From Macrostomum lignano (Eukaryota), in assembly GCA_002269645.1 (NCBI GenBank), contig NIVC01000434.1, positions 62,001 to 126,000 of the forward strand: a stretch of DNA of 64,000 nucleotides, written 5' to 3'. This document shows positions 45,235 to 57,200 of the stretch, piece after piece. Made by a program: the position numbers and the translations under genes. The notes under the pieces are model-generated. The model ran no database searches and was not told where the DNA came from. It worked only from the letters and a program-made list of their open reading frames with translations. How positions within the stretch are numbered: the stretch's first letter is position 1; each line of letters opens with the position of its first letter.

Positions 45235-48200
45235 CTAGGACCGAAACCGCGTCGGGCGGCACCGGCGAGGCGGAAGCTGGCGGCGACCAGACGCTGGAGG
45301 CCGGGTCGCTTGCACCGGTGGGAGGCGCGTTGGTGGGAGCCCCGGTGGCGCTTGCGGGTGCGCAGCTGCGACCGGAGGGTCTCCACCACGTGGCAGTTGT
45401 GGCCGGCCGTCCAGGCGGGGGCGGCCTCGTGGCCGCAGAGCCGGAGCCGGAATCGCCTCGCCGGGATTGAGCGCCGCAGGCTTGAGTCTGTCCACTGCCA
45501 CGTGATCCTGCCGCGTGCCCAGGTCGAGGCGGAAGGTCTTGTCTCCGCGCCCAAGGACCTTGAAGGGCCCGAAGTACGGCCGCTGCAGAGATGGCCGGTG
45601 GCCGTCGCGGCGGATGAAGACGTGCGTGCAGGACTCCAGGGCAGCAGGCACGGAGGCAGCGACGCGGCCATGACTGCACCGCGCTGCGTAGCCGGGCCAG
45701 GAACTGGTCGTAAGAGGCCTCGGGTGGCGCGGCCTGCAGGCATTCTCCCGGTACCGTCAGCGGGGCGCCGTAGACCAGCTCGGCCGAGGAGGCGCCGATG
45801 TCCTCCTTGGGAGCCGTGCGGATGCCCAGCAACGCCCAGGGCAGCTCGTCGGTCCAAGTCGGTCCGGTCAGGCGCGCCATCAGGGATGCCTTGAGCTGGC
45901 GGTGGAAGCGTTCCACCAGGCCGTTAGCCTGTGGGTGAAAAGCGGTGGTGTGGTGCAGCTGCATGCCCAGCAGCCGCGACACGTTGGCCCATAGCCCGGA
46001 GGTGAACTGGGAGCCGCGGTCGGACGTGACGTCACTGGGCACGCCGAAGCGGGCGATCCAACCGGCGATGAAAGCGGACGCGCAGGAGGCAGCGGAAGTG
46101 TCGGCCAAGGGGAAAGCCTCCGGCCAGCGGGTGAACCTGTCGACGACGGTCAGCAGGTGCGTGAAACCGCGGGACTGCGGCAGCGGTCCGACAAGGTCGA
46201 CGTGGACGTGCGCGAAACGGCTGCTGGGCACCGGAATGCTGGCGGGCGGGGCGGTCACGTGGCGCTGCACCTTGGCCGTCTGGCAGGCGATGCAGCTGCG
46301 AGCCCATTGGCCGACGTCCCTGTTGATTCCCGGCCACACGAACTTCTCGGACACTAGGCGCCGCGTACTGCGTACGGACGGGTGCGCCAGTCCGTGGACC
46401 GCGTCGAAAACGGCGCGGCGGAAGTCGGTGGGCACCAGCGGGCGCGGGCGGCCGGTCACGGTGTCGCAGATGACCTCCAGGCCGGGACGCAACGTCACGC
46501 GCTCGAGCCGCAGGCCGGTGCCGGCGAGCGCGGGATCGTCCGCTCGCTGCGCGCGCGCCAGGGCCGCGTAGTCGATGCCGGGGAGCAGCGGCTGCACAGA
46601 GGCGACGGTGCAGCGGGAGAGGGCGTCGGCCACCGGATTGTCCTTGCCCGCCACGTGCCGGATGTCGGTGGTGAACTCCGACACGTATGCGAGGTGCCGC
46701 TGCTGGCGCGCTGACCAGGGATCCGACAACTTGGCCATGGCCGCGACCAGGGGTTTGTGGTCGGTGTAGGCGGTGAAGATGCGGCCTTCCAAAAAGTAGC
46801 GGAAATGTCGTGTGGCCAGATAGAGAGCGAGTAACTCCCGGTCGAAAGCGCTGTACTTTTGTTCAGCCGGCCGCAGTTGGCGGCTGAAGAAAGCGAGTGG
46901 CCGCCAGGTCTCGCCGACACGCTGCTCCAGAACCGCCCCGATGGCGGTGTCCGAGGCGTCGACCGTCAGCGCCGTTGGGGCGTCGGGCTCCGGGTGCGCA
47001 AGCATGGCAGCGTCAGCCAGGGCCTGCTTCGTGCTGTTGAAGGCGTCCGTCAGCTCCGGTGTCCACTGAACGATCTTGTCCTTGCTGGCCAGGGCGCCAT
47101 AGATGGGGCGCAGCAACTGGGCGGCCCGCGGCACGAACCGGTGATAGAAGTTCACCATGCCGGCGAACTCTTGCAGGCCCTTGACGGTCGCGGGCGGAGC
47201 GAATCGGGCGATGGCTTCCACCTTGTCTGGCAGCGGCACAGCGCCCCGGCTGTTGATGCGGTGGCCCAGAAAGTCGATTTCGCTGCGGCCAAACTGGCAC
47301 TTGGCTGGATTGATGAGGAGGCCGTTGTTTGCCAGGCGCTGGAACAGCGTGCGCAGGTGCTCCAGATGCTGCTGAGGGCCGCTGCTCGCCACTAGGAAGT
47401 CGTCGATATAGGCGAACACGAAGTCCAAACCCTGGCAGACCGTGTCAATCAGCCGTTGGAAGGCCTGGGCGGCGTTTTTGAGTCCAAATGGCATCCGGAG
47501 AAACTCGAACAGGCCGAATGGCGTGATGACGGCCGTCTTGGCGATGTCGGCCTCGGCAACCGGGATCTGGTGGTAGCCCCGCACCAGGTCGATCTTGGAG
47601 AAAATGTTGCACCCGGACAGCCGCGCAGAAAAGTCCTGAATGTGCGGCACCGGGTAGCGGTCGGGCACCGTGGCGTCGTTGAGCCGCCGGAAATCGCCGC
47701 AGGGCCGCCAACCCCCGGAGGCCTTTGGCACCATGTGCAGCGGCGACGACCAGGGGCTGCAGGACCGCCGCACGATGCCCAGCTGCTCCAGGTTGCGGAA
47801 TTCCTCCTTGGCCACCGCCAGCTTGTCAGGCGGCAGGCGGCGCGTCCGGGCGTGGACAGGGGGGCCCGTCGTAGGAACATGATGTTGGACCCCGTGGAGC
47901 GGCCGGGCTTTCTGGAAACTCGGCTCCGTCAGCGACGGGAATTCTGCGAGCAGCTGGCTGTACGGGTCCCCAGCGATGGCGGCGGCGAGCTGAGGTGCCG
48001 GGCCGGACCCGAGCAGCAGGTGGGCGCTGGACAGCGAGCTAGTGTCGAGCAGACGGCGGTTCGGCATGTCCACCAGTAGGCCGTGGTGCCGCAGGAAGTC
48101 CGCGCCGATCAACGGCCGTGACACCTCGGCCAGGATGAACGGCCAGGTGCAGGCCTTGACGCCGAGGTCGAGCGTCAGTGTCCGGCTGCCGAACGTGCGG

Positions 48201-48421
48201 ATCGGGCTGCCGTTGGCCGCGAAAAGCGGCGGGCCGGGTGTGTGCGAGCGGGCGTCTGCCCCCGAGACAGGAAAAATGCTCACCTCAGCGCCGGTGTCGA
48301 CCAAGAAGCGCCGGCCCGTGGCTACGTCGGGGATGAGCAGGAGGTTGTTGCTGCCGGCCGTCGAAGCGTTTACTGACGGCCGGCCGGCCCGTTTCCCGAG
48401 AACTGGCAGGGCGGCTCGCAA
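45235..48421 (-). CDS. pol: Gypsy Pol (protease-RT-RNase H-integrase); frameshift lesion near 45675 puts the GPY/F C-terminus out of frame
   Basis: Motifs: LVDTGAEVS (PR), YIDD (RT), DASD/TDHKPL (RH), HGLAH...CIAC and D,D-35-E (IN). The tail [11 protein letters not shown]...VDRLKPA is in a different frame (45651-45235) and stops just before the PPT. Confidence 0.93.
48353..48397 (-). promoter_or_regulatory. -1 programmed ribosomal frameshift signal (gag-pol)
   Basis: Slippery G GGA AAC in the gag frame (48397-48391), a 6-nt spacer, then a perfect 10-bp stem GCCGGCCGTC/GACGGCCGGC with a 12-nt loop containing the gag TAA. Confidence 0.85.
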
Positions 48422-49062
48422 CGCCGGGCCTTGGCGCCGAACTTCCGGTGGAAGAAACAGATGAGGCCGTCGGCCTCCCTCGGCTGGTGCTGCTGCGGCT
48501 TGGCGCGAGCTGGGCGGGCGGTGGCAGCAACTACCGGCGGGTGCTCTGGCGGCAGGGTGGCGGTGGCCACGGGCTGTGCCCGGCTCGCCCAGAGTTCATC
48601 CGCGAGTCGCGCAACTGCGCGCGGGTCAGCGAAATCCGCGGAGACGAGTGCCATGCGAATGTCGGCCGGCATCTGCTGGCGGAAAAGCTCCTCGAAGAGC
48701 ATGCAGGGCCGGTGGTTGCCGAGCAGGGCCAGCATCTCGTCCATGAGCTCGGACGGGCGGCGGTCACCGAGGCCGGCCAGGTTGAGCAGCCGGCTGGCAC
48801 GCTGTTGCTGCGTCAGGCCGAATGTGCCGAGGAGGCGGGCCTTGAGAGCATCGTACTTGTTCTCAGCCGGCGGTGTCTCAAGCACGTCCAGCAGGCGCTC
48901 GGCTGACTGCTGGTCCAGCGCGGCTACGAGGTGAAAGTACTTGGTAGCGTCTTGCGTGATGTTGCGGAGGACGAATTGCGCCTCTGCCTGGATGAACCAG
49001 GCGCGAGGCTGGCTGGCCCAGAACGTGGGCAGCTTGAGGGCTACCGCAGACTCAGTTGACAT
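48370..49062 (-). CDS. gag: Gypsy Gag (230 aa)
   Basis: LKLPTFW...[10 protein letters not shown]...[12 protein letters not shown]-terminus and C-terminal CFFHRKFG...RCEPPC Cys/His knuckle; begins just after the PBS. Confidence 0.93.
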   Translation of the reverse strand: MSTESAVALKLPTFWASQPRAWFIQAEAQFVLRNITQDATKYFHLVAALDQQSAERLLDVLETPPAENKYDALKARLLGTFGLTQQQRASRLLNLAGLGDRRPSELMDEMLALLGNHRPCMLFEELFRQQMPADIRMALVSADFADPRAVARLADELWASRAQPVATATLPPEHPPVVAATARPARAKPQQHQPREADGLICFFHRKFGAKARRCEPPCQFSGNGPAGRQ

Positions 49063-49095
49063 ACTGAGGAGTTATTCTCAAACAGGCGGTTGAGA

Positions 49096-49108
49096 GTCGG
49101 GCTCACCA
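49096..49108 (-). promoter_or_regulatory. Primer-binding site, probably tRNA-Trp
   Basis: TGGTGAGCCCGAC lies 1 nt inside the 5' LTR; it has one mismatch to TGGTGACCCCGAC, the complement of the vertebrate tRNA-Trp 3' end. Confidence 0.7.
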
Positions 49109-49109
49109 A

Positions 49110-49310
49110 TGTGGCAAGTTGAGCCACGTAAAGTTTATTTGGAAGTAGCAGGGTGGAGGCGCGCGAGACAAAAGTCTAAAGTTATATAGGCCAGCGGTGT
49201 ACACTGGGCAGCCAATCAACACACAGCGACCGTGCACCTAGCGCCGGCCTCCCCGGCCGGGGTTGGGGTGGCTGCTGGAGCGCGTATGCGCGTGTGGCGT
49301 GAACGCCACA
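49110..49310 (-). repeat. 5' LTR of gypsy element
   Basis: 201 bp, 197/201 identical to 45014-45214. Confidence 0.96.
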
Positions 49311-51612
49311 ATATTGTATATTCTTAGTAATCTGTGCCCCTTGTTAAAAGTTTTTTAGATCTCCATCTAGCACCAATAAGCAAATAAAGACACCAAAATG
49401 CTATTACCAAAAAGTAAGCAAAAAATCTAGCAATCTAACAATATCATATTATATATAAAGATAAACTCTATAGATTTAAAACCAAAAAAATTGTCAAAAA
49501 CATATTATTGATAAGAATTTGCAGTTGTATTTTTATATTCCTAGACAAAATCTTATCTTTCCTTGACTTTATTCTATAAATATAATTTCTTATTTATGCA
49601 AACTTTCAGTTTCATATTAGTAAGATAAGTTACTTTATCTTTCTTTTTACATAATTGTTTTTGGCAATTAATAGGCCTAAGGAGTTAAAATAAGGAAAGA
49701 AAATGGTATCAATAACTTCTGAATCTATATAACTAAAATAGGAAGTTAAACCTTTGCTTTTCTTATTTTTCCTAAAAAATCAATTTTGTTTATTGAACTG
49801 GCCTAAATTTTAATATTTCTACTGAAACTTAAATTTTCTTTATATAAAAAGGAAGATAAAGTAACTTAGGAATATTGTATTATAAAGAAAGCCTACTATG
49901 AGTATGAGTGTGAGTAGATGAGCCTACCCTAACCTTGATGTGATTTAATATAATATATACCCACATTGGTTTATGAATAGGACTTATAACATTAGAATTT
50001 TAGCAGAGGTTACTGTTACCCCAAGGCAAGAATTTACATATCTAATGTCATGTTTAGACAGTCATCTCAATACTAGGCGCTAGGTAAGACTGTACTGTAG
50101 TGCAGGCAGGCTAATAATATTATACAGTATATTCAGTTGGTTACTGCATAATCGCAAAATACCACTTACTAAATATCGCTATTAAACTGATCAATAGGCC
50201 CTAATAAGTAGCCATGAAGCGTTTAAAAATAACATAAATAAACTTTGTATTAGTTGCCTTGAGAGACGCCAGACGCGCCTGACGACTTTACTTGTATTTT
50301 TCACTTTCAGTAATTTCTGTGCTCTTGGGTCTTTCGAAGAAAATATGCATTTTAAAATCCTTTTGATCGATATCTACTTAAAGAAAGCATGAAAAAAGTG
50401 TTCAACTCTTTTTTTAATAAAAACATGAAGCTCCAAAAGTTTTTTGGCTAGTTTTCTACGTTTTGATAATATAATTAGAAAAATTATGATTTAAAAGCGC
50501 TCAAACAAGTGACTGATTTGAACTCTCTCTTAAAACCATCTCCCGAAACATACGATCTGATCTCTGATCTCTCTCAGTCTTAAGTAGGCCTAGTGACCAG
50601 ACCAGCTCACCATGTCAGAGAAGCAATCTATTAACTCGATCATCGTCCGGTTTTGCTGGTAATGAAGGCCCTAGCCTTATAACCAATCTTATAAGTGAGT
50701 GTAACTATTAGTGTAGTTAGGCCTAAGATTTAGCTAGGCTAATACGATTGATTGATATCAATGAATCACAATCAATCAATATCAAGATAGGCCTACGATA
50801 AGTTGCTTCCTTCTATGACAAACACTTCACCTTTGTAAAAATTAAAAGATGTGACTGTGGCCCTATGCCTACAGCAGTAGGCTGCGGCCACATCACATGT
50901 TATGTATCTACACATAGTCGCCCTCAGCCTCCTTTCACATTTTAGGCTTGGGAGTCGGGACCAGACAATGGCAGAGTTACAACCTACAAAGATAGGGCCT
51001 AGTCGTCAAACTACCAATCTAGTGCCCCCCTTCGGGGCGGCCAATAAGAAAGGGGCAAAATTTATTTATTTAAATCCTGGTAGCAAGCAATTAGGCCTAG
51101 CCACCTAGTAGGCCTGGTGTCACTGGTAACAATAAGCATGGTGTCTTAAAGTATGAGTAGAGTAGGCCTAGGCCTACACTTAAAAAACTTTAGAACCATT
51201 TATAAAATTGCTAATCCACATTGCAGAATCTGTTTCTAAGAATCTACCAATAATCTCCCAATCAAGTTTGCAATAATCCCCAGTCAGGCTTGCAGTGATC
51301 CCAGTCAGGTTTGGAATGGTTCTAGTCAGGTTTGCAATTAATGATCCCAGTCAGGTTTGCAATGATATCCCAGTCAAGTTTGAAATGATCCCCAGTCAGG
51401 TTTTCAATAATCCTAATAATCAGGTTTGCAATGATCCTAGGCCTAGTCATATTTGCAATCATCTCCTAATTAGGTTTGAAATGATCCTTAGGCCTAGTCA
51501 TGTTTCCAATGATGATCCCAGTCAGGTTTGCAATGATCTCTCAGTCAAGTTTAAAATGATCCCAGACAAGTTTGCAATGATCCCCCAGTTAGGTTTGCAA
51601 TGATTCCCTAGT

Positions 51613-53068
51613 CCATAGTCAGGAAGGTGGCAGAGTGTGCGCCGGAATAAATTTTAGAGGGACAATCTGTGCACTGTCTGTGCGCCATCTGTGCGCCGTC
51701 TGTGTGCCATTATTAAAAAATTGAATAATTACAACTGCACGCCGAAAAAAAATTTGTGCATGCCCATGCCCAAAAATCCGCTGGTGTTGCGACAATAAAT
51801 GACCTTTTTTACGTTGTGACAATAAAAGACCTTTTTTAAATTGCGTAGGAGACCCTTATTATTAGATAATTTTGTTGCTTTTAAAGCTTTTTCGGCAATA
51901 CTATTTACAGCGCAAAGTTTATACACGCAAAGATTTGTTTAAATACTCTTTTACAAGCTGGAAAAAACCGGAAAGCTTGAAATTTGTGCCTAAAAATGGA
52001 CTTTTTTCATCTTTTTTCTACTTTAGAATAACTCTTACGTGTGATTCTATAAAGTGCATGCCAGGTGTGCATGCATACTTTTTTCTCAGGAGTGATGCAC
52101 GCTAACTATGCACACCTAATTTTGGCAGGGAGCACGAGAAATGCCCGCAGACGAATTGCCCGCCGAGATTTGCCCGCAGGAGATTTGCCCGTGGAGCTTT
52201 GCCTGCCGAGCTTTTCCCGCGGAGATTTGCCCGCAGTGCATTTTGCCCGTGAGCGAATTGCCCGTGGAGATTTGCCCGCCGAGAATTGCCCGCCGAGATT
52301 TGCCCGCAGTGCAATTTGCCCGCGAGTGAATTGCCCGCGAGCGAATTGCCCGCCGAGTTTTTTCCCGCCGAGGTTTGCCCGCGATCCTTTTTTGCAGCGC
52401 ATTTGGCAGCTAGATTCTGTCTATACATTGCTACCCCCAAAATATGCATTTGATATGCAGTTACTATCAAAACGTTTTGATCGTGTAAATCTCTTTATTG
52501 AGATTAACACGTACTAAGCATGGGAAGGCAATGCAGACAAAATCTGCCGCGTCGCCAAATGCGCTGCAGGAAAAAATCATTGAATCATTGCGGGCAAACC
52601 TCGGCGGGAAAAAACTCGGCGGGCAATTCGCTCGCGGGCAATTCACTCGCGGGCAAATTGCACTGCGGGCAAATCTCGGCGGGCAATTCTCGGCGGGCAA
52701 ATCTCCACGGGCAATTCGCTCACGGGCAAAATGCACTGCGGGCAAATCTCCGCGGGAAAAGCTCGGCGGGCAAAGCTCCACGGGCAAATCTCCTGCGGGC
52801 AAATCTCGGCGGGCAATTCGTCTGCGGGCAATTCTCATGGACCCATTTTGGCATGCAAGGCCAATGCACGCCCGAATTTTCGGGCATATACTACATGATC
52901 CAGAGTGTGGGTGCGCCAATGTGCGCTGAGACCCTTTGTGTGCGCCGCGCTTGTGCGCCAATATGCGCTGAGACCCTTTGTGTGCGCCACGCTTGTGTGC
53001 CAATGTGCGCCAAGACCCTTTGTGTGCGCAGGAATTTTCTTCCTTAGAGGCCACCTTCCTGACTATGG
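51613..53068. mobile_element. Non-autonomous DNA transposon, 1456 bp, 19-bp perfect TIRs, 8-bp TSD
   Basis: TIR CCATAGTCAGGAAGGTGGC (51613-51631) / GCCACCTTCCTGACTATGG (53050-53068); TSD TCCCTAGT at 51605-51612 and 53069-53076. Subterminal TGTGCGCC repeats occur near both ends. No transposase ORF. Confidence 0.9.
52133..52839. repeat. Fold-back structure: two ~280-bp inverted arms built of TTGCCCG-containing subrepeats, ~145-bp spacer
   Basis: 52133-52407 is a near reverse complement of 52553-52839. Confidence 0.9.
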
Positions 53069-54596
53069 TCCCTAGTCAAGTTTGCAATGATCTTAGTCAA
53101 GTTTGCAATGATCCCTTAGTCAAGTTTGCAATGATCCCCTAGTTCGGTTTGTAATGATTCCCCAGTCAGGTTTGTAATGATCCCCCAGCCAGGTTTGCAA
53201 TGATCTCCCAGTCAGGTTTGCAATGATCCCTTAGCCAGGTTTGAAATGATCCTAGTCAAGTTTGCAGTGATCTGTAGCCGTATTTCCAATGATCCTAGTC
53301 AGGTTTGCAATGATCCCAGTCGGATTTGCAATGATCCCCCAGCAAGGTTTAAAATGATGCCAGTCATGTTTCTAATGATCCTAGTCAGGTTTGCAATGAT
53401 CCCTTAGTCAGGTTTAAAATGATCCCAGTCAGGTTTGCAATTATCCCCCCCCTGGTCAGGTTTCCAATTATCCCCTAGTCAAGTTTGCAATAATCCCCAA
53501 TAAGGTTTGAAATGATCTCCAGTCATGTTTTCAATGATCCTAGTCAGGTTTGCAATTATCCCCCAATCAGGTTTGAAATGATCCTAGTCAAGTTTGCAAT
53601 ATGATCCCTAGTCATGTTTCCAATTTTCCTAGTTATGTTTGCAATGATCCCAGTCGGGTTTGCAATGATCCCCCATCAAGGTTGAGTATATATCTTACTC
53701 ACTTCATAAGTATATAAGTGGCTAGCCACTTCAGTCTTGAGGGATAAAGTGACCATCTCTATACCCGCACCCCTCGTAGATCTAATCTGCCACTGAGGTG
53801 GTTGGTTGGTCAGAGAATTAGCATGTTGCACTTATAGACACAAATACATTAAATAGCTTAGCACATTTAGGGGGTGAAAACATTCTAGCACTTAGATTAT
53901 ATGGTTTTATGATTTAAGCATCAAGTCCCAACAGGTGGAGCAAGGAGAAATCCATTACATAATATCACATGGCCACATCTTGGTTGTCTCTACTGGTTAT
54001 AGAAGTGAAGTGATAATAATGCCCATAGGCCTTAGCAATTTTCTAAGCAAGTAAGCAAAATAAGTAAGCAAAGTATAGTATGCCAACTAAGAGTTATATA
54101 GGCCCACTATTCCATATAGCATAACAAAAGATATATTAGTATTTGAGTATAAATATAGTTATAGGCATATTAATATTACATTATGTAATGTTTATTCAAT
54201 TATTTAAGTTTATTTTATGTATATACAAGAATATTATACCAATAAATGTAAGGCTATTCAATATTATATATTTGATACTAGTTGACCTCCTAGTCCTCAT
54301 TGCAACAGAGTAGTATATTCTTACCAATAATCTATCTACTCCTACTAAAATGAGGAATAGAAAATGCCTATCACTGATCTGTCTGTTTGATTTGCTTATC
54401 TGTTGCTGCAATTAACAGGCCTACTGTTAGGCTCACATTTTTACAGTAAAAAGTGTATGGTGGGTCAAGTGTCAACGTTGGTCATTTTTTGAGTTTAGGC
54501 TATTAAGACCTATTTATATATTTGTTACTAAGTATACCTGGTACATCAACTTAAATTTATATTGGAATAATTTCAGATTGTCAATGTCAGCTTAAT

Positions 54597-56758
54597 ATGT
54601 CGCATCTAGTTTCATTTCCTCGCCTACTACTTACTAGCACTTGTAGTAGTAGTAGTAGTATATCACGATTAAGTAAGCTACCATTAAATTATTGCCGTCG
54701 CAATTTATTTAGTCGTAAAAAGGTGCGCGCTGATCAGCACACGCCAATTCTATTTGGCGAAGTCAACGAACGCGGCGGCTATGCCGCGCCCTTTAAAGAG
54801 AGTCTGTCAATGCGCGATTGGTTGAGAATCTATAAGCGAGCTTGGCTAGAGCTGCCAGAGTCCTATGCTGAACTTCGCAATTATCACTTGTACGATCGAG
54901 TCTCATTCAAGTCTGTAGACGTTCGCCATGGCGATTATTATTATATTGGCTATTTGTCGCGCGACGGCGGCCACCACAAATGGATTGTCACGGCCGACTC
55001 TCACTATGGCGAAGGCTATTCTACTGGGGAATTTATCCCGTCTAGTTGGCTGACTGATGTCAAAAATAAAGCTGGAGACTGTGGCATCGATCAGGATCAA
55101 CCAATTGTCAGGTGTACCGGACTGTTTCGCGGCGTCCTTGACACCCGTGTGCCGCAGACTGGCCAGCTAGTCAGAGCCGGTTACGTCAACTTGCGCTCGC
55201 CCTACGCTCTCATGATTAAAGGTCGAGCTAGGGGTATCAATCTGCAGCCTTTGAATTGCATTGTGATCCGGTATCGAGGCGATGGGCGGAGGCGAGTACT
55301 TGCATTGTTCTTCTTGTTTTGAATCGATAAATCGCTGATTTTCAAGGAACCGGTATCTAGCTTAGAAAAAACAGGGTGCATTGCATTGCATGGCAAAATT
55401 TCTGCTTCTAAGTCCTCTTTGCAACAGAGTGGCAAACTTTTATAAACTGCATTGAACTGCTGCTCCTACTAAAAAGAGGTACATTAATATTGTTCACAAT
55501 AGTAGACAGACATTGATCCGTCTGTTTGTACTGCGGTTTGTTTCGTATAAACTACCAATGTGCAGCTTACAGGCCTACTGTCTGTCTTACATTTAATAAT
55601 TATTCTGAGAAGCTTGTTACCAGCGAATGCTTAAAAAGCGTCATATAAAGCGTCAGCTACAGAAAGAGCGCCAGCTACAGAGGGGCACCAGATACACAGG
55701 CGAGAGCAAAATAGGGGCGCCAGTTACAGAGAGTACACAAGCTACAGAGAGGGCACCAACTGCAGAAGCGGAAGCTAAGAGGGGGCGCCAACTACAAAAC
55801 AGGCGCCAGCTACAGAGAGGGCGCCAGATACAAGAGGCGGAACAGGGGGCGCCAGCTACAGAGAGGGCACCAGCTACAGAGGGGGTGCCAGCTACAGAGA
55901 GGGCACCAGCTACAGAGGGGGTGCCAGCTACAGAGGGGCGCCAGCTATAGAGAGGGCGCCAGATACAAGAGGCGAAACAGGGGGCACCAGCTACAGAGAG
56001 GGCACCAGCTACAGAGGTGGTGCCAGCTACAGAGGGGCGCCAGCTACAGAGAGGGCGCCAGATACAAGAGGCGGAACAGTGGGCGCCAGCTACAGAGATG
56101 GCGCTAGCTACAGAGAGAGCACCAGCTACAGAGAGGGCGCCAGCTACAGAGAGGGCGCCAGATACAAGAGGCAGAACAGTGGGCGCCAGCTACAGTGTTG
56201 CCGCCAGATGCTACGCTACAGAGAGGTTGTTTTGCACGTCTTGAATGGGATTTCCGAAGCGCAGGCTGGGTTTGCTGCAATGATTGAAATAATGGTGAAA
56301 TTATGCAGGTGACACTCCATTTGATTTCCATATTAAATGCTATGGACTGGCTGATCTGAATTTCAGAAAAAACATGGTTACTAATCGTTAACCCTTACCT
56401 CACCCACTACAGGTACCGACTCAATCTCCATCGTAGTCCGCTAGGCAAGTTAGACTACACCCTATTTGACATCTACTCGTTCCCTCTGTACACTAGAGGC
56501 GGACCCTACTGGACAGTTGCCAAGATACCCGTGTCTAAACTGATTCGCACCTACAAAGGCCGGGTTCAAGATCGACCAATTCTCGATGACCTAAGCGCCT
56601 ATTCCCACCTGAGCATCACTTTATGCGATGGAATACCGGGGCCGTTCTCGCTTGAACTGGACTACGTGGCCGCATTCTATGATGCTACATTAAACGAGAA
56701 ATTTGCCTACGAAATCTATCCTGTGTCTTCTTTGATGAAGAAAAATATTTCTTGGTAG
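54597..56758 (+). CDS. NDUFAF1: Complex I assembly factor NDUFAF1/CIA30, 2 exons: join(54597..55291, 56413..56758), 346 aa, GC-AG intron
   Basis: Motifs WIVTADSHYGEGYS, GLFRG, RAGYVNLRS, RYRGDGR|RYRLNL, LYTRGGPYW, KIPVSK, GRVQD, DGIPGPFSLELDYV and EKFAYE match CIA30. The frame is restored only by AG|GCGAGT (55292) joined to CTACAG|G (56412). Confidence 0.92.
55660..56225. repeat. 18-bp-based minisatellite (GCACCAGCTACAGAGAGG) inside the NDUFAF1 intron
   Basis: Directly visible. Confidence 0.9.
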
Positions 56759-56859
56759 CTTTGTTCTGTTTTAGTGCGACTTGACTGCGTAATCGAATGT
56801 TTTAATACTGTGGGCTTACCATAATCACGGGTCGTGATCTTAAATCTCAGATCCCAGAT

Positions 56860-57200
56860 CGTGATACCTGGCCTATCCCATATTATGATCCACGATCCCA
56901 TATAATGATCCATATCCCCAATATCATGATTCACGACCACTTATCTATCAAGATTCCTTATCCCATATTATGATCCCCGATCCCATATAATGATCCTTAT
57001 CCCCAATATCATGATCATCTATCCCTTATCATGATCCCCTTTCCCAGATCATGATCCCCTATCCCATATCATGATCCACGATCCCATATAATGATCCCCG
57101 ATCCCATATAATGATCCCCTATCTCATATCATGATCCACGATCCCATATAATAATATCCTATCCCATATCACGATCCTTCATCCTATATAATAATCCTAT
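56860..57200. repeat. ~20-bp minisatellite (GATCCCCTATCCCATATCAT)
   Basis: Directly visible. Confidence 0.9.

Larger units (their letters stand above)
45014..49310 (-). mobile_element. Full-length Ty3/gypsy LTR retrotransposon (4297 bp)
   Basis: Two 201-bp LTRs (TGTGGC...GCCACA) differ at 4 positions. A 4-bp TSD ATAT lies at 45010-45013 and 49311-49314. PBS, PPT, gag and pol are present, in PR-RT-RH-IN order. Confidence 0.97.
51280..53680. repeat. Degenerate ~21-23-bp minisatellite (CCCAGTCAGGTTTGCAATGAT) split by a transposon insertion
   Basis: The same unit is present at 51280-51612 and 53069-53680. Confidence 0.88.

Noticed and set aside
45086-45660. C-terminal ~190 aa of the 1111-aa pol ORF
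   Set aside because: Out-of-frame read-through into the LTR after the frameshift; the conserved tail is in another frame.
50611-50670. Possible minus-strand exon ending ATG|GTGAGC as FAM162 exon 1
   Set aside because: The phase-0 donor is incompatible with the phase-1 acceptors at 44306 and 39646, and no bridging exon was found.
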